In this document: piece after piece, positions 1-13,500 of the stretch
Layout: each line of letters begins with the position of its first letter
How positions within the stretch are numbered: the first letter of the stretch is position 1
Assembly: GCA_025786725.1 (NCBI GenBank)
Contig: JAHLTZ010000027.1
Span: 186,001 to 250,000 of the forward strand
Direction: 5' to 3'
DNA from: Syncephalis fuscata S228
Taxonomy: Eukaryota > Fungi > Zoopagomycota
Length of the DNA: 64,000 nucleotides
Notes under the pieces: generated by a model
What the model saw: only the letters and a program-made list of their open reading frames with translations
Told to the model about the DNA's origin: nothing
The model's database searches: none
Translations under genes and position numbers: made by a program

Positions 1-173
1 CCAATGCTAACTGAACCGCAATCAATCATTATTCAGCTGACTATATATTTTATAACAATCAGCAATTGTTTTTAAAATGCCATAAAATTCAACGTTTTAT
101 CTTTTTTTATATTTGTATCACTAGATTACTTGTCTCAAATTCTACTTTGGGCAATATATATAGACAAAGAAAC

Positions 174-1293
174 GCTACTTTAATATAATCAAAACTAGTA
201 TTTTTACTATTGCTGCTGCTTGTGTAGTCACGACGTTGTCTAATATACCAACAATTAGTGCCATGAGGGGTGAGCTTGGAAGTAAGTCACATACTAAAAT
301 TATTACTAGAACTAATACAGGTACGCACTTGACAGGTAATGTCGAACGGAGCTGGTAGACCATATTTAGATGATTGAGCAAGCGGAAGTAACATGGGTTG
401 ATGGCAAAAGTTGGGTGGAGTACTGCAGTTTCAAAATAAGCTTTAGTTATACACAATGGAAATGAGTCAGCGCTTTTATTAAATGTGTAGCTAGTAGAAG
501 TGCAGGTATAGACGAGGCTGTAGCCTTTGATGTAAGCATGCAATTGGTGCAGACATGATGTTTTACTTACATAATGGTTAGATTTGTATGGACTTGAAGA
601 TAACGAAAAATACAATAAATATTTTATCAAGTAATGCAGGGTAAGTATTTATTGCATTTGAATAACAAAATATTAATTGTTATAGTTGAATGTAGGCATA
701 TTATATTTACATCATGCTGATATTATACATACCGACATAATTGCCAAAAGCAAGTTGTAAAATGTTTGAAAATGGTACATTAGCTAGTTGGCTTTGATAT
801 TATCGTTAGTGTCGATTCTAAAACCAGAAAGGTACGGGCAACCGTTGTCGGCTACGATTGTCTCGAATTTTTGTACAGTAGCGTAAAGTACGCTTTAAAA
901 TTAGCACTAGACACAACTCTTGATAAGATCACTCTTGAAATGGACTTACGCTATTGTAACGATGCTAATAATACTTTTGGTAAAACGATTTACCTTGTGA
1001 TTCCAGGATTATTCTATGATGGCGATTCTTTCACTGCAAATAGAACGTCGTTTATTGCGCTATACTACAACTTGAATGCAGTATTAAAAGATCAACCAAT
1101 TCAACCCAATAATTACTATATAGATGAGGAGTACAGGGCGCCACAATATTCTGCCAATAAGGATAAATCATATGTAGAAGCACTACTACCTCTCGCAGAA
1201 ATTGCAATAAATTTATACGAACGTTCTTATCCAATCTGCGCAATTCCGAATAAGATTTTAAATTTAGTGGAGCTACTAGCGCTTAAAAAATAA
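174..1293 (+). pseudogene. Degenerate secreted protein-kinase-like (pseudokinase) gene or relic
   Basis: Manual translation finds a signal-peptide-like stretch YFNIIKTSIFTIAAACVVTTLSNIPTISA with no ATG in front. It is followed by WK*VSAFIKC (VAIK-like, after an in-frame TGA), GILYLHHADIIHTDI (HRD-like, 686-740), and DIIVSVDSKTRKVRATVVGYD, which reads in frame into ORF 871-1293. GTAAG donors lie at about 282, 532 and 641. Confidence 0.55.
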
Positions 1294-1848
1294 ATTTACT
1301 AATCAATGACACATACAAAATTGCTTGTGGTCCTTTTTAGTTTCGCTCTAAACGTTTTTTTTTCTTCAATTGACGAAATTAGTTACATACTATTGAATAA
1401 AGCACTTTTTATGGCGCATTAATTTTTTTCATATTGTATAGTTCAGTAAAATGCAGCGACATTTTTAATATCATTTTAACCATCACCTTTTATGCTTCTC
1501 TGGTTTGTCAGCAATATTCTTGTTTACCCACTTTAGATTGCAACAATTATACTAAATAAACAACCAGCATATAAATCAGCATATGCACTACCAATAAGCA
1601 CCATTCTATACCCGATTGTCGATTATCTTGTCTAAATTTAAAATTGTATATTGCTTAAGTGCACTGTCACATTTAACATATTGTATTTGACGATAAATGA
1701 CGATAACAATAGTAAATTTGGATTTATTTATGATAATTAACATTGTAACATATATCAAATCAACAATAATGTATGATAATTATTTGTAAGCGTTTATTGC
1801 AAAATTGAAATGCTTATTGCTGATATTTAGCATATCGACATGATCTTC

Positions 1849-3568
1849 TCACAGCTCTGATGTACCATTGGTTATACTTATTGTTGTGGGTGTTTTTTCC
1901 GTAATGTTAGGTTTTTGGCAATTAAATAGCGATCTCCATGCTTGTTTTATACTGCCATTGTTGGGTATCATAATATACCAAAGAGGTAGGCCGAAAAACA
2001 TAAGAATGAATCCAAGTAGTGAAGACAAGTAGTATGGAATGCTTGATCCGCTGGGTGTTGATGGTGGCACAAATGGATAGACCGATACAAATATTGATAC
2101 CAAAACAAAAATTACTGAAAGAGGCCACCAGGCACGGAATGGCCGCTCTTTCTCTGGTTCGGTGTAGCGTAGCCATAGCATACCACAAACGGCCGCGCCA
2201 TACACAATGGATTGTGGGTAGCCGATAAGATCGATAAGGAAATCGAATGCCTCACCGGGTGGTGGCGATAGCATCATAATCATAACAAATGTCCAATTAA
2301 CGACAAGTGCGTTGACAGGAGTGCCAAAGCGAGTATTTAACCGGCCGAGATAGACTGAGCCAGGTAAATAGTTATCGCGAGCAGCGGCAAAAATAACACG
2401 ACTAACGGCAAATGCCATCGAGCAGACGGCGCCATAGGAACTAAGAGAAATTAGTACGGGCAATATGTGTTGTCCAAAAGTTTTGCCGAAGACAATGTTG
2501 GCGAATGTTGCAGCAATAATCTCTTTGCTGGCAAATGCTTCGGAGGCAGGTACAACTGAGATAAAGGCGACATTAACAAAAAGAAATAGTATCGTAACAA
2601 TCGTAAGACCGCCAAGAGAGGCAATGGGTAAGTTTCGGCTAGGATTTTTGAGTTCGCCTAGCGAAAAGTTAAGATTATTCCAGCCACCATACGCCCAGTA
2701 AAGCTTGAATAGAATAAGCGAGTAAGCACTTGCGTCGGTTGAAGTGTTTTCAAACGAGTTGCTCCAATTGCCGGGCAGCTGGACACGTTCAATGCCGCCG
2801 GCCAATACAACAATACCACCAATTGAAATAATCAGCAATACAATCAGTTTAACTGCGGTAAGCACATTAAGTAGACGAAGCGTCCATCGAATGCTAAAAG
2901 AGTTCAATAGAGTTACCGAAGTAATACAGAAAATGCCCAAAGCACGGGTAAGCCAGTCGTAATTCTCTTTGACATAGCCTTCATCAAGTGTATTTGGTGA
3001 ACCGTAGCCCGAGAAGAGAATGTATTTGCCAAATACCACCGAACTAGCAGCTTGGGAACCAGGACGAATACAGCTATAATATTCAAATAATAACAACAGC
3101 AACAGTAATGATAAATTATAATTATTAGTATTAGTAATAAACCATAATTAACAAATTTACTTACACAATCAGTGTCCAGCAAAATAGAAAGGCAACCAAT
3201 ACTTTGGGCCGTTTAAACGCATATGACAAATAGGCTTGTTCGCCACCACTTTTGGGCAGCATCGTACCGAGTTCGATGTAGGATATGGCACCGAAATACG
3301 TAAGGATACCGCCAATTGCCCACATAACCATGGCCATACCAGGTGAACCGGCCAAGCTCCAAACGGAAGCCGGGGTGGTAAAAATACCTGAGCCAATGAT
3401 TAAACTAACGACCATGGCGGTACCAGAGACGGCGCCCATTGTTTGCTCAAGTCTTTGCTTGTTGCCATCCATTACCGAATCGCCATCGTTATCACCGAAC
3501 GCACGTTCGCTATAGCTGCCGCGGCTAGGAGCGGTTTCCATGGCCGAGGGTGTTGGTTTGTCGGCCAT
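1849..3568 (-). CDS. APC-superfamily amino-acid permease (MUP1/LAT-type), 2 exons
   Basis: ORFs 3161-3568 and 1849-3102 are joined by GT-AG intron 3074-3164 (WTLIV|CIRP). Motifs IIGSGIF, ELGTMLPKSGGE and WAYGGWNN; about 12 TM helices. Confidence 0.93.
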
Positions 3569-3944
3569 ATTGATATAATATAATTGTCGTTCTATAATTA
3601 ATGTTAGTTAAACTGTTTTAATATTGATGTCACTCACGCACGCGCGTTTGTTGCACGAATACATACCAATAAAATGTGTAAAGCGCTAAAAAAAGTTAAT
3701 AGAATCCGTCGGTTCGTTACAAAAAAAAGCAAGGGCAACTGACAAATGGCGAGTAGTGCATATGCAGCAGATTAAATAATTTTAACAAAGTAAGGCGGCA
3801 ATAGACTGGCAGAAAAGGCAATTAAATGGACCATAAACAATCGCAACTATTGTGAAACAAACGTGAGTGCTGACTAGTCATGCAAAAAATCAGCAAAAAA
3901 AAAGCGTAATAAAGCTACTGATTTGTAGTTACCATGGCAAACAT

Positions 3945-3997
3945 TATATATATATATATATGTGTGTGTGTGTGCGTGCGTATATATACGTATATAT
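3945..3997. repeat. Compound (TA)n(TG)n microsatellite
   Basis: Directly visible alternating purine-pyrimidine tract. Confidence 0.85.
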
Positions 3998-4468
3998 GAT
4001 TGTTATGACGAATTGCAAGGGTCCTGTATTATTACTAAATTGAATTTTATTGTAATTATTTTTTATTTTACACAGTACAACACGTGTTACGTTAAATAGA
4101 ATTTCTGAATACGACATTTACTCAAGAAATGGTGTGATCACCGCCAAGTCAGGCTTATTAATGACATTGCTCGTATTTTAGAGACTGTTTATTGGACAAA
4201 GATTATAAAATGCCAATTTATCTGCCAGATGACTACAAATCATTGCGAAAATTTCATTTAACGTTTAAACACCGCATCAGCAAATTGACACTGTTTTAAT
4301 TTTATAGTAAAACACGGGAATGTATTACTAATTACACCATCAAGAGAAAATAAATCATTCAAAAATGGGCTGTTTATTGCAATTATATCTTGTAAATGTC
4401 TGCCAATTTCTTGGTTTCTCTGTGTTCGCCGGCTATCCGGCAATAGTCTACCGAGACGACAGCGGTTA

Positions 4469-7138
4469 TTAATCGCTATCGGAGTCGGTGTCATCTGCCG
4501 CAGCGCCGCTAGCATCGCCAGCACCCGCCTTGTTGACGACGCATCGCAGCCATCTGGCCAGCCAACGAATCTTCTTCTGGCTCGGAGATATCATCGTCGA
4601 CATCGGGCTCTTCCGGTAAAACGGATGGTTCGTGTACTTGTAGCTATGACAAGAAATGTTACTAAATGACGCCATTTAATCGTTAATTAGTACTTACTCG
4701 GACATCCATACGAGCATCACAGCCAAGATAAGTGTCGCTTTTGACGAACACGGTAAATGGATAGTGGCCAACACGCGCTGGTGCCTGGAATTGGATTTTT
4801 ACTTCACGATCGCCAATCAAATCGGTGATAGTGACGGGCGAGGCGACAATGCCATTTGATCTTAGATCGCCAAGAACGACCCACCAAGCTGGGCGTTTAT
4901 TCTATTATACCGTAGAGCATTGATTAATTTTCTTATTAATAGTGACTATTCTGCAGCTTACAAGTGGGAAATAAGGCGCATGTGCAGGTGCGGGACGTTC
5001 ACTGCCGATGGCTTCGTAGTCAGTTGCCAAAAGCTGGTCTACTTCTTCGGCACTGCCTGGTTGCGAAGGTACTGGCAAGTCATCGGTAGATTGACTGCAT
5101 TCAGTCAAACGAAGACGAACAAGGAAGGTAATAATGGCTCCGGGAGTACAGGCATCGTCGCCGATAACCTTTAGAATGGCTCGGGTCACCTCAAGACGTG
5201 GATGATGCTTTGCAACAAGCATTGTATTTTTATACTCTTCATCGCCTAATGTGCGCAACAACGAGCGACGCTCATCCTCGGGCACTTCCATTAATTCGGT
5301 AACTGTTCGAACATTACGCTATAGTTGTTATGTATTAATACTACTATAACATGGTTTTGTATGGCATATTTGTTACCTTTTTGGTTTTGCAGTGTTTAAT
5401 AATTTCTTGGTCAACACTTGGTAGTTGTAGAAGAGGTGAACCTTGTGAATTTGTTCCTTGAACTAGCATCTAATGATATTTATTAGATAAACTATTTTCT
5501 ATCAACTAGTAGTACTTGCCTGAGACATATCCATGCAAAACATGCTAGTGGCCAACCAACCATGGGACAGTGCAATTTGCATCATACCTTGAACAAGATG
5601 AGCTGACTTGCCGACAATAAATTCTTGATCTATGTAATGTATAAAAATAGCATGTTAGATATTGATAATAACGCTGCATCTATTTCATAATAACTTACCT
5701 TTTTTCAAGTCAGCATCAGTAATGGGTACGCGGTAGAAGTGAGCATACAATAGTGTCAGCGCTTTGTATGCTGTAGGTGCCGTAAACTGTACACTGCTTA
5801 TTAGAACGAATAACACCGATGCTAACACCATTAATGACTGACCTTTTTAGAACGTTCAAACTTTTCTGAACGAGCTTCGACTGCCTTCTTTACTTCAGCA
5901 GCCAGTTCTGGAACTGCTTTAGCATCATTTGGACGCCATGGGCATTCCTCTTTGAACTCAGTACTGTTGGATAGAATATCGATTAAGCCTGTTATTTACA
6001 CAGAGTATTAATAAATAAACTATCTGTTGATATATGTCGATTACCTTTGATATGAATGCTTTCCTTCATCTCTTTAAAGAATAGTGCCATAGTTTGATTC
6101 ATAATCTGATCTTTAGTATAGCGACGCGACTTATACCACCAGCGGCCCTATTTAAATATTGTTAACATTGTTTCATTTATTTTATTGCCATTGAGACAAC
6201 ATTAATAGCTACTTACAACTGCCAATGGTAAGAATACACCAAATACAGCAATATATGCCAATAGAACCTATGATTAAATACAAGTCATTAGTATATAGAT
6301 TCAAGCTATTGCTCCTAAGCTACTTACAAAATTGGCACTACCACCTTCAATGAGCCATGGTGGTAAAGCAATGCCCATAGTAAATGCTAATTAATACACG
6401 TTAGTATTGAATAGTCGACATGAATCAATCTATGCATAGACTATAGTACCTTGACGGCCATCAGGATGGCCCCATTCCTCGTAGTTTCTACGCGTATCCT
6501 CATCGGTCAAGCTAATTCACTGTTAGTTTATTGTCATTCTGAGTGTTATTATAAATACACATACACTTTGTAGGCCTTTGTGATTTCAACAAATTTTGCT
6601 TCTGACTCCACCTTTTCTGCATCGGCCACTTTATCCGGATGGTACTTAAGACTGAGTTTTTTATAGTGTCTCTTAATGTCATCGAGCTCAGTACCGCTCG
6701 ACACACCAAGCACTTCATAAGGATCCCAAATCTTGACCTCGACTGGAGTTGTTGCCACCATGTATGCTACATAGGAAAACATGCACCATCCTATTGCCAA
6801 TAGATACAATCGCCTATTCATTGAAAATATTCAGTGTTATTAATGATACAACAAATCATCGTGCATTTAACTTACTGATTGCCGCCGCCAGTTGATTTCT
6901 TGGCACGTTCCGCGGCCAGTTTACGTTCCTTTACACGGCATTGCTCACACTTGCAAAGATCTTTATCTGCTCCATCTATGATAAAAGGAGTAAATATAGC
7001 GCATACACCTGGCATTTTATTTAGCCTACCTTTGCTGCCAATAGCTTGTAGTAGAGTGAAGGGCACAAGAAGAATAGCAAGTACCGTCAACACAAAGTAA
7101 TAGAATGTCACGCCGGACTCGTCGTAATTGTACTGCAT
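4469..7138 (-). CDS. SEC63: ER translocon J-domain protein Sec63, multi-exon
   Basis: N-terminus MQYNYDESGVTFYYF; J-domain with HPDK; EEWGHPDGRQ and Brl-domain exons; acidic C-terminus DDDISEPEEDSLAGQMAAMR...DTDSDSD. About 13 introns, including GC-AG 5470-5519. One apparent indel near 4525. Confidence 0.95.
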
Positions 7139-7837
7139 GGTGAAAAAATAAACACTTCACCAGTGCCTACACGTAAGAATATTATTCTACGACGACAAAA
7201 AACGGCCTAATAGCAACGAGCAAGAAAGGAAAGAAGAAAGTGTATAAACACGCACCACAGTTAGTTGCTGTTATCGTCGCCGCCACCACTACAGTAGAAG
7301 TAGAAGGGGGATGTTGGCAAAAGAAAAGAGCTAACTAACAACAAAGCAGTAGATCTGCAAGTAAAGAGTGAAAGGCAGCGTTTGAACACCCTGCTTGTAC
7401 GCAAAGAGAGAAAAAGTAAGGATTACAGTTGATACTGGTCGCGGATTCAATGGTTAATGATTGCAACGACACTATTACTGGTCCAATCACAACACGCCAA
7501 CACCCGATAGTTCTAGCCTGGACACTCCCATTCAACTAATTCTACTTTATGCTCCTTACTTTTTTCACCAATTCTCCACTCTAATCTTTAAATCATTTAT
7601 TAGTTAATTATCTATTTATTTTGTTTAACGCACATATTGTCATTATGATATTAATTGTTCAAAATGCCATTTATTTAACCAGATTGGCTATAGGGAAAGT
7701 GGCTGTTTAATAAACGACATTTATAATAATTATATTAATATTGATCTTACATTGCAAATATGCCCAAAATGCAACAGTAGAATATTAGAAAATAGAAGAA
7801 ACAATTTAGATGCAAGAATCCATGTTGTACATAGATG

Positions 7838-8172
7838 CAATAACAACAAATGCAGAACAACAATAATCAGCCTTAAATGTTTCAAAGAAATCAAATGGTA
7901 TGTTACATTATTTATTTAAAACAGTTTATGGCTAACATTTACACTTTGCGTTCTCTATTTTGAGTCCCAAAGCAAAATTTATTTCAATTGAAGTCATGTC
8001 GTTGTTATACGCAACATAGTTATATTACTTCCTATTAAAATATTGTTAATAGATTGATTAAATAAATAATGTAACATACTATTCGATTTCTTTGAAACAT
8101 TTAAAATTGATCATTGTTATTGTTGGCCATATGATTGCAATTTCATGCCATTCTGCATTTGTTATTGTTGCC
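7838..8172. repeat. Inverted repeat (arms about 7873-7919 / 8058-8104, plus 7838-7858 / 8152-8172)
   Basis: ttaaatgtttcaaagaaatcaaatggtatgttacattatttatttaa is the reverse complement of 8058-8104 with about 2 mismatches. Confidence 0.8.
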
Positions 8173-8326
8173 TTAATATATATGCTATGTACCATTCCAT
8201 TTTTAGCTTTTAACTTTTAGTACTTGTTAATTGAGTTAAATAAACTGCAGCATCATATAAAATATTGTGTGTCATTTAACAGTAGTATATATAGATAGAT
8301 AATTTATTAACCATTTAGTATGATTT

Positions 8327-9119
8327 GGTGGTCAAATGGCTATTTTTAATAACATCCAATCTATTAAACATGATGATGGGTGGTGAGTGACATCAATCAT
8401 CAAATACTCATCATTATAGATTCATTATTCAGTATGCATATATCATCACAATATGTGTTATTACTATGTATACCTGTCATTTTGCTTGATTAACATTAAA
8501 ATCATAACTAATTGACATGATTTAGTTTATTTATAAATAATCTTAATAAAACATAACTCTGTTCATTTTCATATTATTTGTTCTACCAATATAACTCAGT
8601 GAACAAACTAGGTGCGATAAGTGTATTTTTATTAATAAAAGAGCTGGAACCATATTGACAACAGCTATAGACAGCGTATAGCCAATATATAATAAAATGA
8701 TAAGCATTATACTAAATATGCAATATTGAACGAGATTAGCAATGTTAAAATTAACGAGCATATATGCATGATCAATGAATGAAATTAGTTGAAATTTAAA
8801 AATAATAAAGCTAGAACAGAAATATTAGTTTTGGATAAAGAAAGACTAGATGGGTATAGAATGACATATACAACGATGTTAAAGTCATAGTGCATATAAT
8901 GCAATGAGTGGAATGAGTGAAGTTTAATGGAACATATAAACAATAAAATGTGTTTAGCATATTGTAGAATGATATAGGTGAATAGAGTATATATGTGTAT
9001 TGAATATATGCATACTGGATAATACTCTACAATGATGAGTATTTGATGATTGATGTCACTCACCACTCACCATCATGTTCAATAGATTGGGTGTTATTAA
9101 ATGTAGTCATTTGACCACC
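8327..9119. mobile_element. MITE-like non-autonomous element with about 115-bp terminal inverted repeats
   Basis: 8327-8442 (ggtggtcaaatggcta...cagtatgcatata) is the reverse complement of about 9003-9119. The interior is non-coding and AT-rich. A further copy of the arm lies at 26307-26455. Confidence 0.7.
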
Positions 9120-10146
9120 ATGCAAACAATAAATGTGATGATGTAATGGTTAACTAAAACGCACCACTTGTCCCATGTTCAATAGATTGAATGTGTAGTT
9201 CAATTACGCGAATGTTATCAAGTTTATTCATTTGCCCCAATTACACTACATGTAATGATGTAATGATTAAATAAACAATTATCTTTATTTAATTAATAAT
9301 CAATGTAATATACACAATTCATAAATTGAATGACATTGTATATAAAAGACTATGAATAAATTGAAATATAGATGAGGGAATTGTTCAAGTGGTGGAATAA
9401 AAGAAAGAATAAAAATCAATAGCATAAAATCAAATATACTCACAGAACAATGTCAAAAGTAAAACGATGAGTGTACTAAGAATGATAAACAGCAGACAAT
9501 AAAGACAAGTATATTCATAGAATAATGTTATCAGTAAATAAAAAGAATGGACATCAATGCATAAACAAATGTCATACCATAGAACGTGATATTATAATTG
9601 ACAATAAACTTGTAAGCATTAGATTCAGTATATAAACAACAGTGTTTATTGAATGTTAAATAGAATACTTGTAAACACATCTATTCTAAACTACGCCTTT
9701 GTATACATAATTAAGTAATGATTCCTCAAGAGAGAAAGAAAAAGAGTTAATAAAAAAGATTAGTATAAATGGTTATATCAACACATCACCTGAGTAAAAT
9801 AAATGTTTAATATTATTACTAATACAACGTTCTATTACATTTAATTCTATTTTATGGAAATAGCAATGGACAATAATATTACGTTAGTATTTATTATGAA
9901 TGATGATTTGATCGTTAATTACTTGGATCATTACAATCGATTGCGTAAAATGATTTACTGAGTTGAAGCAAGGTGTGCAGAATAAGTGTCAAATTGATTT
10001 TATTTTATTTTATTTTTATCTGCTCATTTGCTTTTAACAGACAATTATCAGTAATATACTGAATATTCGTTGCAATCATATCCGTCAAGTAAATAGTTAC
10101 TTGGTTATTTAACAAGCTTGACTATCTACTTGCTTGCTCTTTCGCT

Positions 10147-12465
10147 ATGGTTCCCACCGATCTCGACAGCTGTATTAACGCACCATTAAACCGAGTACGC
10201 CAGCTGTTTCGTAAGTTGCAAAGTAGCAGTAAATGGCAATAATAACACTTTTATTATTTATTTTTACAGAGGAAAACTGGCGTCCAGATACACCAGTTGA
10301 GCATACATGGGGTGTGCCTGAGTATTTCTCGTCATTATATGACACGGAAGAGAAATGGAATCAAGTAAATGACAATACAGATCGTTAGAAGATTGTAGCT
10401 AAACCGCGTGTGTAGATTCCTTCGTTGAACACTTTGCCTCCGAATCTATGGAGGTCAGGATCGCTTGTAAGATTCCGATGTATGATACAAGACACAAGTT
10501 TTGGGCAAGAAATTGCTGTTGATGCAAGTTGTTCAGCTGATGGGCAAAACTGGCAGCCGCATCGTTATTCGGACGGCGCAGATGGCGAGTCTGGCGTGGA
10601 CCAAGATGCATCTATCGGTGCTGATGCACTATATGCAGGCCAGGAACGTATACGGCTTAATGAGCTCCAATTACTCTACTGCGTATCTATTCCATGCGAG
10701 ACTGACTGGGTTCGGCGACAATACGACGAAAAGATGGCAGCTCGCTGGGGATACAATCCATTAGTTGTATCGTCATCAAATACTACTGCAGCTCATCAAA
10801 CAGTCAATGGCTATTCAACGCAATTAATCAATAAACAGCCAATTGAGGAGGATAAAGAACATAGTCGGGGTGTTATCGTTAAGGTAGGCTATTTAGTAGT
10901 ATCTTGCTAATATTAACGAATTATATACTGTTGTATAGGTACTTGGCGATACCGATGCATTTAAAGTTGCCGATATTGTAGAATTTGTAGGCATTTATGG
11001 AACTGCGCCAGTTATGTAAGTCAAGTCATTTTAAGCATATATTCCATTTCTAACATTTTATTAGCGGTGATGATTTAATGCTAGACGCGACTACAGAAAC
11101 GGCCGAATTATCACCATGTATTCATGCGATTTTCCATAAAACGCTGCATTCTGCAACCGAAACGCCTCTACTTATTTCCAAATGTATCAATAATACCGGT
11201 CATCTTATTGCTGAAAGTATTCAACCGATTGAATTGGCAACGACGTCACGACAAGAACTACTCGATGATTTGCACAATTGTTAAATGGTGATACATTGGC
11301 GCTGAATATATGTTATTGGCACTTATTTCACGCGTGTAAGTGATTGTAATTTTAGTGATAAATGTTAAGGTATTGATACTGATATGGCTGTAGACAACAC
11401 CGAGTCAATACGACAACAGTAGGCAATTTGACCTTGAATTTAACTAAAGTTCAGCAATCAACTGACGCCACATCCGTTACGACCAACACTGGGCATGCTA
11501 GTCAGCAATGCAGCGCATTGGCTAAACAGGTTCATTGCCGACTTGCTAGCATTCTACCTAAATGTTTAGCTCTACCCATGTCATTAACACACTTAAACGG
11601 TCGTCCATTTTGGCCACGAGACACTGGATCGGGTATAGAACGACTGGTCAGCGGTCGTTTACAACTGTCAGATGGTACATGTGTACTAATCGACGAAACT
11701 GCTTTGGATGAGGGGAAGCTGGAGGATACAGGTATGAACGAGATACTCAATACTTATCTACTGCATTATAACATGCATTGCTATACCTGTTTAGGCGTTC
11801 GTAATGTACGTACTTTAGCACGCATTGTTCAAGTCCAACAGCTTGATTATGCATTTCCATATCGTGGTGAAATCAGCTTTCCAACAGACCTGAATCTGCT
11901 TATCTTCTCCACTGCTCGTTCAATGCTTCCGGTAAGTTTTTTAATAAAATACCGTTTGTCATATGACGCAGTCTGATACAATATGAATTTAGGCAGAGTT
12001 TGTGCTTCCTCTACAGCTGACATCACCTGCCAGTCATGCTGTTGAGCCTGACACTATTCACGAGAACATATTACGGCGATGGAGGGAATATTTAGCGATG
12101 ACACGCGCCATAGCACATGAAATCCCAGAGTCATTATCACAGCTGATCCAAGAAGACTTTGTTGATCGGCGCAAATACAACGTCGAACAAGGCACGCCGT
12201 TAATGACTGAAGTTGAACTATCACAAGAATTATTAGTTGCACGGTAAGTGATTTAAATAGGTTATTTTTGTTTTGTAAATAGCAATAAACAGTAGTAAAA
12301 GTATAAAACGAGTATAAATTTAATGAATATTAATGGTAACGATACGAATTGTATGTGTCTAGATTAATTGCACAAAGTAAAGGTGAAGAAAAGCTTAATG
12401 AGACACATTGGCAACAGGCAAAACGCATGGAAGTCGAACGTCGTTCCCGTCTTGCATTGTTGTAA
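10147..12465 (+). CDS. MCMBP: Mini-chromosome maintenance complex-binding protein (MCMBP/Mcb1), multi-exon
   Basis: IPSLN...LVRFRCMIQDT; LNGDxLAAEY (after indel correction near 11270-11300); LVSGRLQLSDGTCVLIDET; IQEDFVDRRK. About 8 introns. Confidence 0.88.
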
Positions 12466-12713
12466 ACAATAAAAAAGGCCTAATTAGCTAAATGGCGATG
12501 GTGATGATGATGATGATGACGGTAATCATAATTGGTATAATAAAAAAAGTTCATTCAAATGAATACCGGATAGTTGTCGTTAATCGCAGCTGCAACGCGT
12601 TTGCTGCCTAGACAAAAAACGGTCGCGTGAACCAATCAGCTACTTTCTAGCTAATAATTTTTTTAATTTAATCTATCCATTTTTACTTTGTCTTTTTTAG
12701 GGGTGATTAAATT

Positions 12714-12848
12714 GAAAAAAAAAAACTTTACTGGTACCTTTTGGTACTAATGGACTGAACGTGGCACTACATTTGTGGGCGTGCATCTATATGTGTAGCG
12801 CCACGTTTGATAGACTGGTACAAAAAGGCACCAGTAGAGTCTTTTTTC
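12714..12848. repeat. Near-perfect foldback palindrome 1 (about 135 bp)
   Basis: ctttactggtaccttttggtac...aacgtggcactaca pairs with tgtagcgccacgtt...gtacaaaaaggcaccagtagag; centre at about 12781. Confidence 0.8.
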
Positions 12849-12866
12849 ACTACCAGTATTAAACAG

Positions 12867-12949
12867 CTGTATGTGTGTGTGTTGCATACATGTGTTTGCG
12901 TCTGCGTAGGCGCGTATATGTGTGGCGTGCATCACACACACATATACAG
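12867..12949 (+). repeat. Foldback palindrome 2 (about 83 bp), rich in G-U wobbles on the + strand
   Basis: ctgtatgtgtgtgtgttgca...cgtctgc|gtaggcg...tgcatcacacacacatatacag. Confidence 0.7.
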
Positions 12950-13500
12950 ATTTATACACAGTGTTTCTCAATTTTGTCGCACCAATATGCCATTAGATTA
13001 GTCTTATCCGCCATCTTTTATTCGCATTCACATTGCCATCCAGTGTAACAGCCGAGTGCTAAATCAATACAAGATGTACAAAAAATAGCAAATTCAGATT
13101 ACCAAGTACCAGCGCTGCCACCACATTAAATGACGTATAAGACAAGTCCACCTGTCCATTGCCTTCCTTAATGTTAGAAACACGTGAACACAAAGAACAA
13201 TAGCATTTCCAACACTTTTTTTGGCTGACAGCTGCATGATCCAGTCATTGCTTATAGTTCATGCTAAGTGTAGCAACATCGTGTCGAGTGACGATTGGCT
13301 GCTCGCAGCAGCGGAGCATTGTCATGGGGCAATCAGCTGGTGTGACCAGCATGGAAGGCCCAATTCGGGGCGGATACTCAATGCCCCAATTTACCACCAT
13401 TTTCACAAGATAGGAAAAAGCCGATTGTCCGTTTGAGCGAACAGCAATTGAAATCCAACTTTATCGAACTCAGTTGGGGATAGTCGGACGGATGGCGAAG

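Noticed and set aside
455-470. In-frame TGA as possible selenocysteine (also TGA at about 20101 on the minus strand)
   Set aside because: Neither is at a Cys-homologous redox position and no convincing SECIS was found; decay or sequencing error is more likely.
175-630. 151-aa minus-strand ORF
   Set aside because: It is the antisense shadow of the plus-strand kinase-like relic and has a non-ATG start.
8543-9066. ORFs inside the MITE as transposase
   Set aside because: Short, hydrophobic AT-driven ORFs with no DDE or zinc-finger motifs.
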